A stretch of 64,000 nucleotides of DNA from Victivallales bacterium (lineage in GTDB: Bacteria; Verrucomicrobiota; Lentisphaeria; Victivallales; GWF2-38-69). The position numbers were made by a program, and so were the translations under genes. The DNA lies in NCBI GenBank assembly GCA_036011305.1, contig DASCNA010000095.1, positions 12,800 through 76,799 of the forward strand. The letters run 5' to 3'. Shown piece by piece: positions 28,454-39,017 of this stretch; positions within the stretch are counted from its first letter, which is position 1; each line of letters opens with the position of its first letter. The notes beneath the pieces are model-generated. The model saw nothing but the letters and a program-made list of their open reading frames with translations, ran no database searches and was not told where the DNA came from.

Positions 28454-29671
28454 ATGAGTGAATTTAAATTTCAAAAGTACCTAAGCAAAATTGACAGAAC
28501 AAGAGAAATTCAAAGTAATTTCAGTATTAAAAATTATTTATTATCAATTGTTATACCGGTATATGGTGAATATGAAGACTTGGGACAGGTACTTTATAAT
28601 TTAACCTTTAATGATAAAAACCTTTTAAAAAAAACGCTTATTACTATTATTATTAATTCTCCAGCCTACTTGCCTAATACTAAATATATTGAGATAAACA
28701 ACAGGCTTTTGAGTGAGTTAAAGAATAATAATTTTCAGAATAAATTCAAATTGCACAATTTAAATCTATGCTGGATAGATGCTTCGACTGCAGGAAATGA
28801 ACTTTCTGGAAAAGGGGGAGTCGGCAGAGCCAGAAAACTTGGAATGGATTACAGTTTATTTTATATGAATTGGAATTTATCTCCTCTGATTATCAGTTTA
28901 GATGGAGATACGCTCGTTGAGGAAAAATATTTGGAATCTATTTTTAGATATTTTGAATCAAATAATCATATTGTCGGAACTTCTATTTCATTCAAACATC
29001 AAAAAGCAGATAGTGTACTGGATGAATCAGCGATAAGGGAGTATGAAGTTTATTTGCATGATTATGTATATAAATTAAAAAATGCTAAATCTCCATATGC
29101 ATATTATACAATTGGTTCTGCGATGGCTTTTAGGGCTGAATACTATATCAAAGCAGGCGGTATGAAAACGCATAGAGGGGGAGAAGATTTTTATTTTATG
29201 CAGTCTCTCAGAAAACTAGGGAAAATAGGTCATATAACAGATACTTCTGTACATCCTTCTTCTCGTATTTCAGGAAGAGTCCCTTTTGGTACAGGACCAA
29301 GATTAAAAAAAACAGTGGGAGGCAGTGAATTAAAACTGTACAATCCTAAGATTTTTGATCTGCTTGGAAAAACTTTAAGAGAAGTTAGAAAATGGCTGGC
29401 CTGTAATGATCTAAGCTATTCAGAGTTAGAATTGAAACTGGATTCCAGATGTTTAGATTTTCTAGAGGAGAATAATTTTTCTGAAATCTGGGATAAAATT
29501 GTAGAGAACAATTTAAAAAAAAGAGATAAGTTATCTAAGAAAAATAAAAAGAAACTACTTTGTGCTTTCCATGTCTGGTTTGATGCATTTAAGACTTTAA
29601 AGTTTATTCATTACCTGGAAAATGAATATCCAGAAGAATTCCCTAAAATAAATATACAAAGCATTAAGTGA
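28454..29671 (+). CDS. GT-A fold glycosyltransferase family 2-like protein
   Basis: SIVIPVYGE, GVGRARKLGMD, SLDGDT, GGEDFYF, RVPFGTG. Confidence 0.75.
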   Translation: MSEFKFQKYLSKIDRTREIQSNFSIKNYLLSIVIPVYGEYEDLGQVLYNLTFNDKNLLKKTLITIIINSPAYLPNTKYIEINNRLLSELKNNNFQNKFKLHNLNLCWIDASTAGNELSGKGGVGRARKLGMDYSLFYMNWNLSPLIISLDGDTLVEEKYLESIFRYFESNNHIVGTSISFKHQKADSVLDESAIREYEVYLHDYVYKLKNAKSPYAYYTIGSAMAFRAEYYIKAGGMKTHRGGEDFYFMQSLRKLGKIGHITDTSVHPSSRISGRVPFGTGPRLKKTVGGSELKLYNPKIFDLLGKTLREVRKWLACNDLSYSELELKLDSRCLDFLEENNFSEIWDKIVENNLKKRDKLSKKNKKKLLCAFHVWFDAFKTLKFIHYLENEYPEEFPKINIQSIK

Positions 29672-29750
29672 TTAGATTTTACTTATTTTGGATTGGATTT
29701 AAAATTTGGAGCTTATTCTTACATGAAATCCCATCATAAATCTAAAATAA

Positions 29751-30404
29751 TTATGGAAGATAGGGCATTTTTTCTATTCTTTCAATAATACCTACGGTAA
29801 AACGCCCTGTAGTTATCCCCACAATCATACCTGCAATTACGTCGCTTACAAAATGGTAGTCTAATCCGATAAGACCAACCATAACGCAGATAGATAATGT
29901 TATTGCCAGCCATTTTAATTTAGGATATTCGAGCCATACAACAGTCATAGCTGCAAAAATAACACAGGTATGTCCTGACGGAAATGACTGGTATGCCAAA
30001 CCAGTATGGAAAAAATTAAATCCGTAAGCATCCATGCCGATAAGTGAAAGGTTTCCATTGATATAAGTTTGAGGCCAGTATCTACCAAATACTCCTTTTA
30101 GCAGGTCTTTAATAATTACTACTGTAACTATGCTGGTACAGTAGCTAAAAAGAAATTTGTCAAAAAGAGAAAATAGCTTTCTGGCATATCTGGTAAATAG
30201 ATATATGTAAAGAATAGGGACAGTAAAAAAAATGACATTAGCTATATGTTCCAAACAATAGAATATCAACATGAGTGTTGTATATTTACTCAAATAATCA
30301 TGTACCGCAAATGCCACAGGTTTATCAATATATTTATAGAAAATTATGATTAAAATAATTCCTATACCTGTTAGTAATAAATGTTTTTTAGTTTGCTGTT
30401 TCAT
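29751..30404 (-). CDS. PAP2 family phosphatase
   Basis: KGVFGRYWP, SFPSGH, YHFVSDVIAG. Confidence 0.9.
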   Translation of the reverse strand: MKQQTKKHLLLTGIGIILIIIFYKYIDKPVAFAVHDYLSKYTTLMLIFYCLEHIANVIFFTVPILYIYLFTRYARKLFSLFDKFLFSYCTSIVTVVIIKDLLKGVFGRYWPQTYINGNLSLIGMDAYGFNFFHTGLAYQSFPSGHTCVIFAAMTVVWLEYPKLKWLAITLSICVMVGLIGLDYHFVSDVIAGMIVGITTGRFTVGIIERIEKMPYLP

Positions 30405-30456
30405 GTAAGTGAAAAATGTTATTGTATAAAGTTAATACTATTATAAAATATTTTAA

Positions 30457-31047
30457 TCAAGATTTCAATTTCATTGCCCATTGAGCTTTATCTATTATTA
30501 TAGGTTTTGATTTTTTCAACTTATTTATAAGTTCTAAAGGTGTTGATCCTGTATTTATAGCTTCCTTCAAGCTTTCATGAATAAAACCTTCTGTTATTGC
30601 ATGATTGATGAAAGAAATAAGTTTATCATAAAAACCACTGATATTTAAAAAACCACATGGCTTTTGATGGAGATCGAGTTGGCTCCATGTAATCATTTCA
30701 AATATTTCTTCAAATGTACCGAAACCGCCGGGCATTGCGATAAAACCGTCTGAAAGATTTTCCATTAAAGCTTTCCGCTCGTGCATTGTATCTACAATTC
30801 TGAGGTCTTCTAAATCATTAAATGCAACTTCTTTATCTACAAGGTGCCTTGGCATAACGCCTGTAACCTTTCCACCGTGTTTTAGAACTGTTTTAGCAAT
30901 AACTCCCATTAATCCTACATTGGAACCACCGTAAATAAGATTAATATTTTGCTCTGCTAGAGCTTGACCGAGTTTTACGGCATTTTCCTTGTATTCTATT
31001 CTAGTTCCTGGGCTGGAACCACAAAAAACACATATTTTTGAAAGCAT
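30457..31047 (-). CDS. LOG family nucleotide phosphoribohydrolase (TIGR00730-like)
   Basis: ICVFCGSS, YGGSNVGLMG, MHERKALM, PGGFGTFEE. Confidence 0.92.
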   Translation of the reverse strand: MLSKICVFCGSSPGTRIEYKENAVKLGQALAEQNINLIYGGSNVGLMGVIAKTVLKHGGKVTGVMPRHLVDKEVAFNDLEDLRIVDTMHERKALMENLSDGFIAMPGGFGTFEEIFEMITWSQLDLHQKPCGFLNISGFYDKLISFINHAITEGFIHESLKEAINTGSTPLELINKLKKSKPIIIDKAQWAMKLKS

Positions 31048-31169
31048 CTATTTTACCTTTTTGTTTTACGTTTCTTATAAATTACAATTAAGTAGCAAAC
31101 AACAACAGCTATTAATAGAGAAATATATTTTGTCATATTGTTTTGTCTAGTTTATATTCAAATAAAAAA

Positions 31170-31197
31170 ATGTCACAGAAATATTTTCCTGTGACAT
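31170..31197 (-). terminator. Intrinsic terminator after secDF
   Basis: ATGTCACAG...CTGTGACAT followed by a T run on the minus strand. Confidence 0.7.
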
Positions 31198-31224
31198 CAG
31201 TATATTAAATTTTTAAAATTTAAC

Positions 31225-33717
31225 TTAATCTTTAATTCCTGTCACTTTTTTATGCCAATGAGCTACAAGAGGAGAAGCTACAAATATAGATGAGTAGGTT
31301 CCTACTATTATACCTGCAAGCATAATAAGGGCAAAATTGTTTATCGATACTCCGCCGAATATATATAAGACTAATACTACTACAAAAGTTAAAAATGAAG
31401 TAATTACAGTTCTGCTCAATGTCTGGTTAATACTTAGATCTATAATCTCTCTATATTTTAAATCTTTACGCAGTTTTAAATTTTCGCGTATTCTGTCAAA
31501 AACAATAATTGTATCATTTACGGAATAACCTACAACTGTCAATAATGCCGCTACAACAGTCAACGATATTTGCCTATCGAATGCAATCAATACGCCTGTT
31601 CCGATTATTACATCATGAAGTAATGCAATTATTGCCGCTATAGCATATGTCAATTCGAATCTTAGAGATACATATATTATCATTCCAGCAAAAGAAAGAA
31701 GTATTGCTATAATTGCCGCTGTCGCAAATGATGAACCTACAAGGCCTCCAATACTAGTTTCAGACGCACCAGAAAATTTAGCATTAGGAAACTGTTTATT
31801 CAGTAATTGAGTAATTGTTGACATTTCACCACTGGAGTTCTTAGGCCTGGTCTGTTTATCAATCAGAATATCTATTTTGTTTCCTGCTATTGGAGAAGAT
31901 TTATACGAAATATCGGTTTGATAACCTTCTTTTCCAAGGAATTTTTTTACTTTACCTTGTGATATGTGTTTTTGATAATTGAGAACAATTTGTGTCCCAC
32001 CGGTAAAATCAACGCCTAATATAGTTTTATGTTTTATTACTCCAATTGTTATTGAAGCTATCATTAGGCATAAAGATATAATGATACAATATTTCCACAG
32101 ACTTAAAAATTTAATTTTAGTATTGTGGAAGATTCTTAGCATTGTAAGCTTACGTATATGAAAATATCTGTTGTAAATATCGAAAATCAATCTTGTTACA
32201 AATATGGCAGTGAACATACTGCAGACTATACCGATACTTAAAGTAGCACCAAATCCTTTTACCGGTCCTGATCCCTGCCAGTATAGAATTAAACCAACCA
32301 ACAATGTTGTTATATTTGAGTCAAATATTGTAATAAAGGCTCTTTTATAACCAATATCAATGGCATTAGTTAAAGTTTTATTCGACTCTATTTCCTCTCG
32401 AATCCTCTCATATATGAGCACATTCGCATCTACCGCCATACCTATAGTAAGGATAATAGCAGCAATACCAGGTAGTGTCAGTGTTGCCCCTAAAGATGCC
32501 ATTGCTCCAACAATAAGGATAACATTTGCAATTAGTGCTATATTAGCAACAAGACCTGCTTTCATGTAATAAATCAACATGAATAAACCTACGCCGATTA
32601 GTCCAAGAATACCTGCTATAGAACCACTGTATACAGATTCTTTACCCAAGGTAGGGGCAGTATCAAAAACTGAATCGATATGAATTGTTGCCGGTAAATT
32701 ACCACAGGCTAATGCGGTTGCTACATTTGAAGCTTCTTCCTGTGAAAAATCACCTGAAATTGAAGCATTACCACCATAAATTGCAGTTTGTATATTCGGT
32801 GCTGAATACAAAGTACCGTCCAGAACAATACCTAATCTCCGTCCAACATTTTTGCTTGTAACTTCACCAAATTTTTGAGCACCTTTAGAGTTAAACTCTA
32901 AAGAAATCTGTCTTTGTCCGTATTGGTCAGTAACAACATTTGCATTGGTAATATCCATACCGCTCATTTGAGGATGTATTTGAACAAAATCAGTTTCCAG
33001 GCTTTTTTTGCCAAATCTGTTAGAATTGACCATAGTCATACGCTCATAACCTACAGGTGGAATGAAATGCTCTTTATCCGCATTGTATTCTGATACAAGT
33101 TGAGCGTTATTTTTAGCCAGCAGTCTGAATTCAAGTTTTGCAGACATCTGAATAAGTCTTTTGTATTCTTGCTTCTGCTCTTCTGTAGAGACAGGTATTT
33201 TTAAAGAAATTCTTTCAGAACCTTCTGCTGCAATTTCTGGTTCAACCAATCCGGATTTATTAATTCTATTTCTTAATATATCCATTACCCTGTCTCTTAG
33301 TTGAGAAATAGGGATCTGAGTTTCACCTTTTTTTACTTTATTAGGAATTACGCTTACATCAAATTCAGTTCCACCGTTTAGGTCAAGTCCAAGCTTAATC
33401 GAACTGGCGCATTTTGATCTTACAATTCGTAATGCTTGCTGGTTGGTAAGAACGTCAGGAATATTAATTATTTTAGCCAAATCCACATTAAGGTCTTTAG
33501 CAGCTAACTCTACTGCAGTTGTAGGAAATAGGTTTTTATCAGCTTTTTCCTTTTCTTTTGCTAGTGCTATGACTTTTTCAACCTTGGGATTATTATTAGT
33601 CATAGATCTTAATTCTTTATAAAAATTCTGCTGTGTTAGCGGAAACATTGACCATCCAAATACTACAAGAATGATAATTACAAGAATTAGTCTTCCTAAA
33701 ATTGGCTTTTTGTTCAT
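31225..33717 (-). CDS. secDF: Fused protein translocase subunit SecDF
   Basis: LGLDLNGG, GMAVDANVLIYERIREE, GVDFTGG, GYSVNDTIIVFDRIRE. Confidence 0.96.
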   Translation of the reverse strand: MNKKPILGRLILVIIILVVFGWSMFPLTQQNFYKELRSMTNNNPKVEKVIALAKEKEKADKNLFPTTAVELAAKDLNVDLAKIINIPDVLTNQQALRIVRSKCASSIKLGLDLNGGTEFDVSVIPNKVKKGETQIPISQLRDRVMDILRNRINKSGLVEPEIAAEGSERISLKIPVSTEEQKQEYKRLIQMSAKLEFRLLAKNNAQLVSEYNADKEHFIPPVGYERMTMVNSNRFGKKSLETDFVQIHPQMSGMDITNANVVTDQYGQRQISLEFNSKGAQKFGEVTSKNVGRRLGIVLDGTLYSAPNIQTAIYGGNASISGDFSQEEASNVATALACGNLPATIHIDSVFDTAPTLGKESVYSGSIAGILGLIGVGLFMLIYYMKAGLVANIALIANVILIVGAMASLGATLTLPGIAAIILTIGMAVDANVLIYERIREEIESNKTLTNAIDIGYKRAFITIFDSNITTLLVGLILYWQGSGPVKGFGATLSIGIVCSMFTAIFVTRLIFDIYNRYFHIRKLTMLRIFHNTKIKFLSLWKYCIIISLCLMIASITIGVIKHKTILGVDFTGGTQIVLNYQKHISQGKVKKFLGKEGYQTDISYKSSPIAGNKIDILIDKQTRPKNSSGEMSTITQLLNKQFPNAKFSGASETSIGGLVGSSFATAAIIAILLSFAGMIIYVSLRFELTYAIAAIIALLHDVIIGTGVLIAFDRQISLTVVAALLTVVGYSVNDTIIVFDRIRENLKLRKDLKYREIIDLSINQTLSRTVITSFLTFVVVLVLYIFGGVSINNFALIMLAGIIVGTYSSIFVASPLVAHWHKKVTGIKD

Positions 33718-33771
33718 TTAATATTCCTTGATACGATCCTTTTTTGGTTAATTATTTCTTATATTAAATAA

Positions 33772-34092
33772 TTATTTAGCGATTTTTTCAATAACTCCAC
33801 TGATAGAACCACGACTTACTTCTACTTTTACGTTATCAGCTATTTTTACTAAAGCAGTTTTGTCTTTAATAGTTGAAACTGTGCCTATTAATCCACCTGC
33901 AGTAACAACTTTGTCTCCAGCTTTGATTTCATTAAGCATTTGTTGACGTTTTTTTGCTTTTTTCTGCTGAGAGCGGAATAGCAAGAAATACATTACAATG
34001 ATGATTAAAATAAAAGGTCCAAAACTAACAAGCATTCCCTGTAAGCCACCCTGTTTTGCTGCAGCTGTTGCTAAATTTGCTAATATTTCCAT
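33772..34092 (-). CDS. yajC: Preprotein translocase subunit YajC
   Basis: YFLLFRSQQKK, GDKVVTAGGLIG; upstream of secDF. Confidence 0.95.
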   Translation of the reverse strand: MEILANLATAAAKQGGLQGMLVSFGPFILIIIVMYFLLFRSQQKKAKKRQQMLNEIKAGDKVVTAGGLIGTVSTIKDKTALVKIADNVKVEVSRGSISGVIEKIAK

Positions 34093-34136
34093 TTGAATAT
34101 TCCCCTAATGTTTGTTTTTTAAATAAATGAAAGATT

Positions 34137-34173
34137 ATTAATAATGAAGTGAAAAGTCCACTTCATTATTAAT
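34137..34173 (-). terminator. Hairpin/terminator after rpsA
   Basis: ATTAATAATGAAGTG...CACTTCATTATTAAT perfect 15-bp stem. Confidence 0.6.
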
Positions 34174-34188
34174 TATATATATTTGATA

Positions 34189-35946
34189 TTATGCTTTAGT
34201 ATCTAATTCGTCAAGTCCTGAATTTTCAAAAGCTTCACCCATATCAACTAAAGCTTCACCGGCTTTGAGTGCTTCAGCTACTTTTTCGCCTTCTTTAGTA
34301 AGATCTTCGTGTGAATAATCTTTTTGAGCTGCTTTAATACTAAGTCCAATTCTTCTGTCATCTTTATCAATTTTGATGACACGAGCTTGAACATCCTGAC
34401 CAATTTTTAATACATCTTTAACTTTGTCGATATGATTGTCACTAATTTGTGAAACGTGAATCAGACCGTCAATTTTATGAGAAAGTTCTATGAATGCGCC
34501 GAAAGCAGTAATTTTTGTTACTTTACCTTCAACGATATCACCAATTTTGTAGAATGTATCTATATTTTTCCATGGGTCTTCTTCAAGTTGTTTCATTCCC
34601 AGAGAAATACGCTGCTGTTCAGGAGCAATTGCTAAAATAACGGCTTCTACTTCATCGCCGTTTTTCAAAAGTTCAGCAGGATTGTTTATTTTACGAGTCC
34701 ATGACATATCTGAAACATGAATCATACCATCTATATCGTTTTCAATTTCAATGAATGCGCCATAGCTGGTCATATTTCTAACTTTACCTTTGATTTTGCT
34801 TCCAACAGGATATTTTTCGGCTAAAACTTCCCATGGATTTGGTGTTGTCTGACGTAAACCGAGGGAAATCTTCTTAGTATCAGGCTGCATATCAAGAACG
34901 ATAGCTTCAACTTCGTCGCCTAAGTTAACTACTTCTGTAGCTCTGCTTATGCGTTTAGTCCATGACATTTCTGAAACATGAATTAGACCTTCAATTCCAT
35001 TTTCTACTTCAACGAAAGCTCCATAAGGCATAATATTAACAACTTTACCTTTTACTTTACTTCCAACAGGATATTTCTCAGCTACTGTTTCCCAAGGATT
35101 TTTAGTTTTTTGTTTAAGTCCGAGTGACACTCTTTCTTTATCATAATCAATATCAAGAATCATTACATCAAGTTCCTGACCTACTTCCAGCATTTCTGAA
35201 GGATGAGATATTCTTCCCCATGACATGTCTGTAATATGAAGTAGTCCGTCAACTCCGCCCATATCAATAAATGCACCGAAATCTGTAATATTTTTGATAA
35301 TACCTTTGTAGATTTCGCTTTTTTTCATTTCTTTTAATAGCGTAGAACGTTTATCAGCTCTATCTGCTTCAAGAAGTTCTCTTCTTGAAATGACAATATT
35401 TTTTCTTTCTTCATTGATCTTAACGATTTTAAAATCGTAAACAAGACCAATCAGATCATCTAAGTTTCTTACAGGAACAATATCAATCTGTGAGCCAGGC
35501 AAGAATGATTCAACACCTTCAACATCTACAATAATACCGCCTTTAACGCGATGTTTCATAGTACCTTTAACAATGCTGCCTTCATTGTAAGTAGAAGTAA
35601 TTCTAGCCCAGTCTTTAAGAAATCTGGCTTTTTGTATACTTAAGACAGGTTGGTTTTTATCATTTTCAATTTCTTCAAGTAGAACATCAAGTTTATCATT
35701 TATCTTTACAGTATCCCAGTCAGTGAATTCCTCTTTAGAAATAAAGCCTTCTGCTTTACAGCCGATATCTACAAGTACTCCGTTATCTCTTTTTTCTGCT
35801 ACTCTGCCCTGAATAATTGAACCGACAGTAAATCCGCTTGTGCTGCTACTGTCCATTAGAGATTCCATGGAAGGCATGTTTTCTAAGTCTAGGAAGGATG
35901 GTAAGTTTAATTCTTTGATTGTTTTGTTAGTTGGTTGAGTTGACAT
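34189..35946 (-). CDS. rpsA: 30S ribosomal protein S1
   Basis: Six S1 repeats (FGAFIDMGGVDGLLHITDMSW, YGAFVE...GLIHVSEMSW, etc.). Confidence 0.97.
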   Translation of the reverse strand: MSTQPTNKTIKELNLPSFLDLENMPSMESLMDSSSTSGFTVGSIIQGRVAEKRDNGVLVDIGCKAEGFISKEEFTDWDTVKINDKLDVLLEEIENDKNQPVLSIQKARFLKDWARITSTYNEGSIVKGTMKHRVKGGIIVDVEGVESFLPGSQIDIVPVRNLDDLIGLVYDFKIVKINEERKNIVISRRELLEADRADKRSTLLKEMKKSEIYKGIIKNITDFGAFIDMGGVDGLLHITDMSWGRISHPSEMLEVGQELDVMILDIDYDKERVSLGLKQKTKNPWETVAEKYPVGSKVKGKVVNIMPYGAFVEVENGIEGLIHVSEMSWTKRISRATEVVNLGDEVEAIVLDMQPDTKKISLGLRQTTPNPWEVLAEKYPVGSKIKGKVRNMTSYGAFIEIENDIDGMIHVSDMSWTRKINNPAELLKNGDEVEAVILAIAPEQQRISLGMKQLEEDPWKNIDTFYKIGDIVEGKVTKITAFGAFIELSHKIDGLIHVSQISDNHIDKVKDVLKIGQDVQARVIKIDKDDRRIGLSIKAAQKDYSHEDLTKEGEKVAEALKAGEALVDMGEAFENSGLDELDTKA

Positions 35947-36003
35947 TTTTAATTAGTTTCCGTTTGATTTGTTGTTACTTTAATTGTTTATGTTAATAAA
36001 AAT

Positions 36004-36028
36004 TGACTCCTTACGTTCCAAGGAGTCA
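36004..36028 (-). terminator. Hairpin between the EF-G paralog and rpsA (terminator or rpsA leader element)
   Basis: TGACTCCTT-acgttcc-AAGGAGTCA, T-rich tail on the minus strand. Confidence 0.6.
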
Positions 36029-36091
36029 TAAATAAATTATCTAAAGTATTAATTTTTTGTGAAATTTCAAATAACAATATAAAAATACTGT

Positions 36092-38104
36092 CTATTTGGT
36101 TGCTTCTTCAAGTTCTTTTTTGTGGTTTTTAATTATCTCTTTAGCAACATTTGAAGGAACCATTTCATATCTTGAAAATTTCATATCCACAGAACCGTTA
36201 CCCTGTGTAATACTTCTTACTTCCGTAGCATATCTTGAAAGTTCAGATAAAGGAACATCTGCTTTCACTACCTGCATACCTTCTTCTACACCCATGCCGA
36301 GGATTCTACCTCTTTTCTGATTTAAGTCACCACTGATATCGCCCATATACTGATCAGGAATAGTGATTTTTAATGCCTGAATAGGTTCAAGTAGAATAGG
36401 TTTAGATTTTTCTACTGCATCACGGAATGCTGCTCTTGAAGCAATTTTGAATGCCATTTCTGAAGAGTCAACATCATGAAATTTTCCATCATATACAGTA
36501 ACTGTAATATTTTCAACATTACATCCAGCTAAAGGTCCATCGACCATTGCTTCCAGAACGCCTTTTTCTACAGCAGGAATATAATTTTTAGGAATATTTC
36601 CGCCGACAACAGCATTTTTGAATTCATATCCTTCAGTGTTTGGCTCTACTCTTAAGTAAACTTCAGCAAATTGTCCGTGTCCACCTGTCTGTTTTTTGTG
36701 TCTGTAATGTCCTTCTCCATTTGATGTAATTGTTTCTCTGTAAGGTATTCTTGGACTGTCGGTGTTTACTTCAACTTTACTATCTTCCTTCAATTTTTTA
36801 ATTACCAATGATAGATGTTGATCGCCCATTCCAGAAAGAAGCATTTCATGTGTTTCAGGATGTCTTTCAAGTTTAACTGTTGGATCACTTGCTGATATTT
36901 TATTTAAACCTGTACCAATTTTATCTTCTTCACCGCTTTTTGCTGCAGTGATTGCATATGACATAATAGGACAAGGGAACACCATAGGAGCTAGTTCCGG
37001 AGCTTTACTGGAAGTAGCAAGTGTATTATCTAAAGAAGTAGATTTTAATTTAACCATGGCACCGATTGTGCCAGGGACAGCTTCTGTTAATTTATCCTGA
37101 TTTTTTCCATTTAGCAGAAGTATGCTTCCAAAACGTTCTTTAGTATTTTTTGTAACATTGAATATTTCAGAATCTGATTTAAATGTTCCGTTATATACTC
37201 TGAAGAAAACTAACTGGCCTAAGAACGGGTCAGTTATTGATTTGAAAACTTTAGCTAGTCCTGTACCTGTTTCTGATACTTCAATTTTACTTCCGTCTTC
37301 TGTAGGAACCTTCCTAGATAAAGGAGTTGGAAAAAGGTTGACAATACTATTCATTAATTCCTCAATTCCCAAATCTTTTTCTACACTTCCAAAAAATACA
37401 GGAACCAATGAACCTTCCTGAATAGCTTTTGTCAGTCCTTCTGATTTTTCTTCTTCTGTAAGTTTTTCTCCATCTAAATAACGCATCATCAGTTCTTCGT
37501 TAGATTCAGCTACTGTATCCATGATCTGTTCACAGTATTCTTCTGCGTCTTCAGGTACATCATCATCACGAAGAATATTTACTACTTTACTAAAATTTGC
37601 TGCATCTGCATTTGGAACAGTAATAGGAATACAAATTGTTTTTCCATAAGTTTCGCGTATTTGTTTAACAACTTTATGATAATCTGCTGTTTCTTTGTCC
37701 ATTCCGTTAACAAAAAAAGCTCTTGGAACATTATTTTTCTTTGCTATTTTCCAGGCTCTAGCACTGCCAACAAGTAATCCGTCTACTGCATCTACAACAA
37801 TAAGTGCCATATCTGAATTTGAAATTGCAGCTATTGGCTCTGCTACAAATTCTCCATATCCAGGAGTATCAGTGAAATAAAAATTATGCTTTTTCCATTC
37901 ACAGTTTAAAGCTGTTGCATAAATACTGCTCTGCTTTGCCTGTTCTTCTGGTGTATAGTCAGACACACTGTTCCCCGCAGTAGTTTTTCCCAACCTATCT
38001 ACTTTGCCTGCTTTAAAAAGGATCAAATCTGAAAGAGATGTTTTTCCTGAATTTAAATGGCCAGCGATTGAGAAGTTTCTAACATTATTTGCCGAAATTT
38101 TCAT
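36092..38104 (-). CDS. fusA: Elongation factor G paralog (EF-G2-like)
   Basis: GHLNSGKT, DTPGY, GMGDQHL, YRETI, KKQTGGHGQF, HDVDSSEMAF; not in an rpsL-rpsG operon. Confidence 0.9.
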   Translation of the reverse strand: MKISANNVRNFSIAGHLNSGKTSLSDLILFKAGKVDRLGKTTAGNSVSDYTPEEQAKQSSIYATALNCEWKKHNFYFTDTPGYGEFVAEPIAAISNSDMALIVVDAVDGLLVGSARAWKIAKKNNVPRAFFVNGMDKETADYHKVVKQIRETYGKTICIPITVPNADAANFSKVVNILRDDDVPEDAEEYCEQIMDTVAESNEELMMRYLDGEKLTEEEKSEGLTKAIQEGSLVPVFFGSVEKDLGIEELMNSIVNLFPTPLSRKVPTEDGSKIEVSETGTGLAKVFKSITDPFLGQLVFFRVYNGTFKSDSEIFNVTKNTKERFGSILLLNGKNQDKLTEAVPGTIGAMVKLKSTSLDNTLATSSKAPELAPMVFPCPIMSYAITAAKSGEEDKIGTGLNKISASDPTVKLERHPETHEMLLSGMGDQHLSLVIKKLKEDSKVEVNTDSPRIPYRETITSNGEGHYRHKKQTGGHGQFAEVYLRVEPNTEGYEFKNAVVGGNIPKNYIPAVEKGVLEAMVDGPLAGCNVENITVTVYDGKFHDVDSSEMAFKIASRAAFRDAVEKSKPILLEPIQALKITIPDQYMGDISGDLNQKRGRILGMGVEEGMQVVKADVPLSELSRYATEVRSITQGNGSVDMKFSRYEMVPSNVAKEIIKNHKKELEEATK

Positions 38105-38181
38105 AATTATTATGATCTCCGATATTTTATTTTAATTGTGTTAATATAAAAAATTAATTTTATCTACATTTAAAGACGATA

Positions 38182-38210
38182 AGTATAATATTGTTTTTTA
38201 TGTATTACAA
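38182..38210 (-). promoter_or_regulatory. Sigma70-type promoter for the EF-G paralog
   Basis: Minus strand TTGTAA-17 nt-TATACT. Confidence 0.5.
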
Positions 38211-38237
38211 AAGTGAAAAATAATATTTTAATGAATA

Positions 38238-38786
38238 TTAGAAAAAATCACTGTCACTCAACTTCTTAAACGATGGATGAGATAGATCTCTTTTTGATAA
38301 TATAGGATCTGATATTGGCCAGTTAATATTAATTTCCGGATCATCCCATAAAAATCCGCGTTCATCTTTAGGTGAATAATATTCATCACACTTATATAAG
38401 AATTCAGCATAATCACTTAAAACACAAAAACCATGAGCAAAACCTCTGGGTATAAAAACCTGTTTTTTGTTTTCAGCTGTTATAATAAAACTTTCCCATT
38501 GTCCAAAAGTAGGAGATTTTTTTCTTACATCAACAACTACATCAAATACTTCACCCAAGGTTGCACGAATAAGTTTTGACTGTCCAGGATTTAACTGGTA
38601 GTGAAGTCCTCTCAATGTTCCTTTAGTTGATGCAGAATGGTTGTCCTGAACAAACTCTGCCCCAATACCGATGTCTTCATATTTCTTCCTGTTATAACTT
38701 TCTAAAAAAAAACCGCGATTGTCATCGAACACAGTAGGTTCAATTACCAAAATTCCATCAAGTTTACAAGTACTTACTTTCATCAA
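38238..38786 (-). CDS. rfbC: dTDP-4-dehydrorhamnose 3,5-epimerase
   Basis: DNRGFFLESY, FVQDNHS, GTLRGLHYQ, GFAHGF, YKCDEYY. Confidence 0.95.
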   Translation of the reverse strand: MMKVSTCKLDGILVIEPTVFDDNRGFFLESYNRKKYEDIGIGAEFVQDNHSASTKGTLRGLHYQLNPGQSKLIRATLGEVFDVVVDVRKKSPTFGQWESFIITAENKKQVFIPRGFAHGFCVLSDYAEFLYKCDEYYSPKDERGFLWDDPEININWPISDPILSKRDLSHPSFKKLSDSDFF

Positions 38787-39017
38787 CGATTAACCCTGAA
38801 TTTACTTTAAATATTTTAACAAGTTGAATAGAATATAAATGGCAAAAAAATATATTTCCATTAAAATTTGGGAAATAATTAAATTGAAGTTACCTGAACT
38901 GAATTAATCTTTCTGTGAATTAAACTAAAGATTACTTTTTATTTCGTCATAATTAGTTTAAATTATAATTTTTATTGTTAAATATTCATACTTATTAAAT
39001 AAATAATTTCAGAGGAT

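Noticed and set aside
30457-31047. LOG protein as a defence-system SLOG component
   Set aside because: Stand-alone canonical LOG with no effector fusion or defence neighbours
34500-35300. Repeated DNA segments (e.g. CTTCCAACAGGATATTT, CATGACAT) suggesting a repeat array
   Set aside because: Explained by the S1 domain repeats of rpsA
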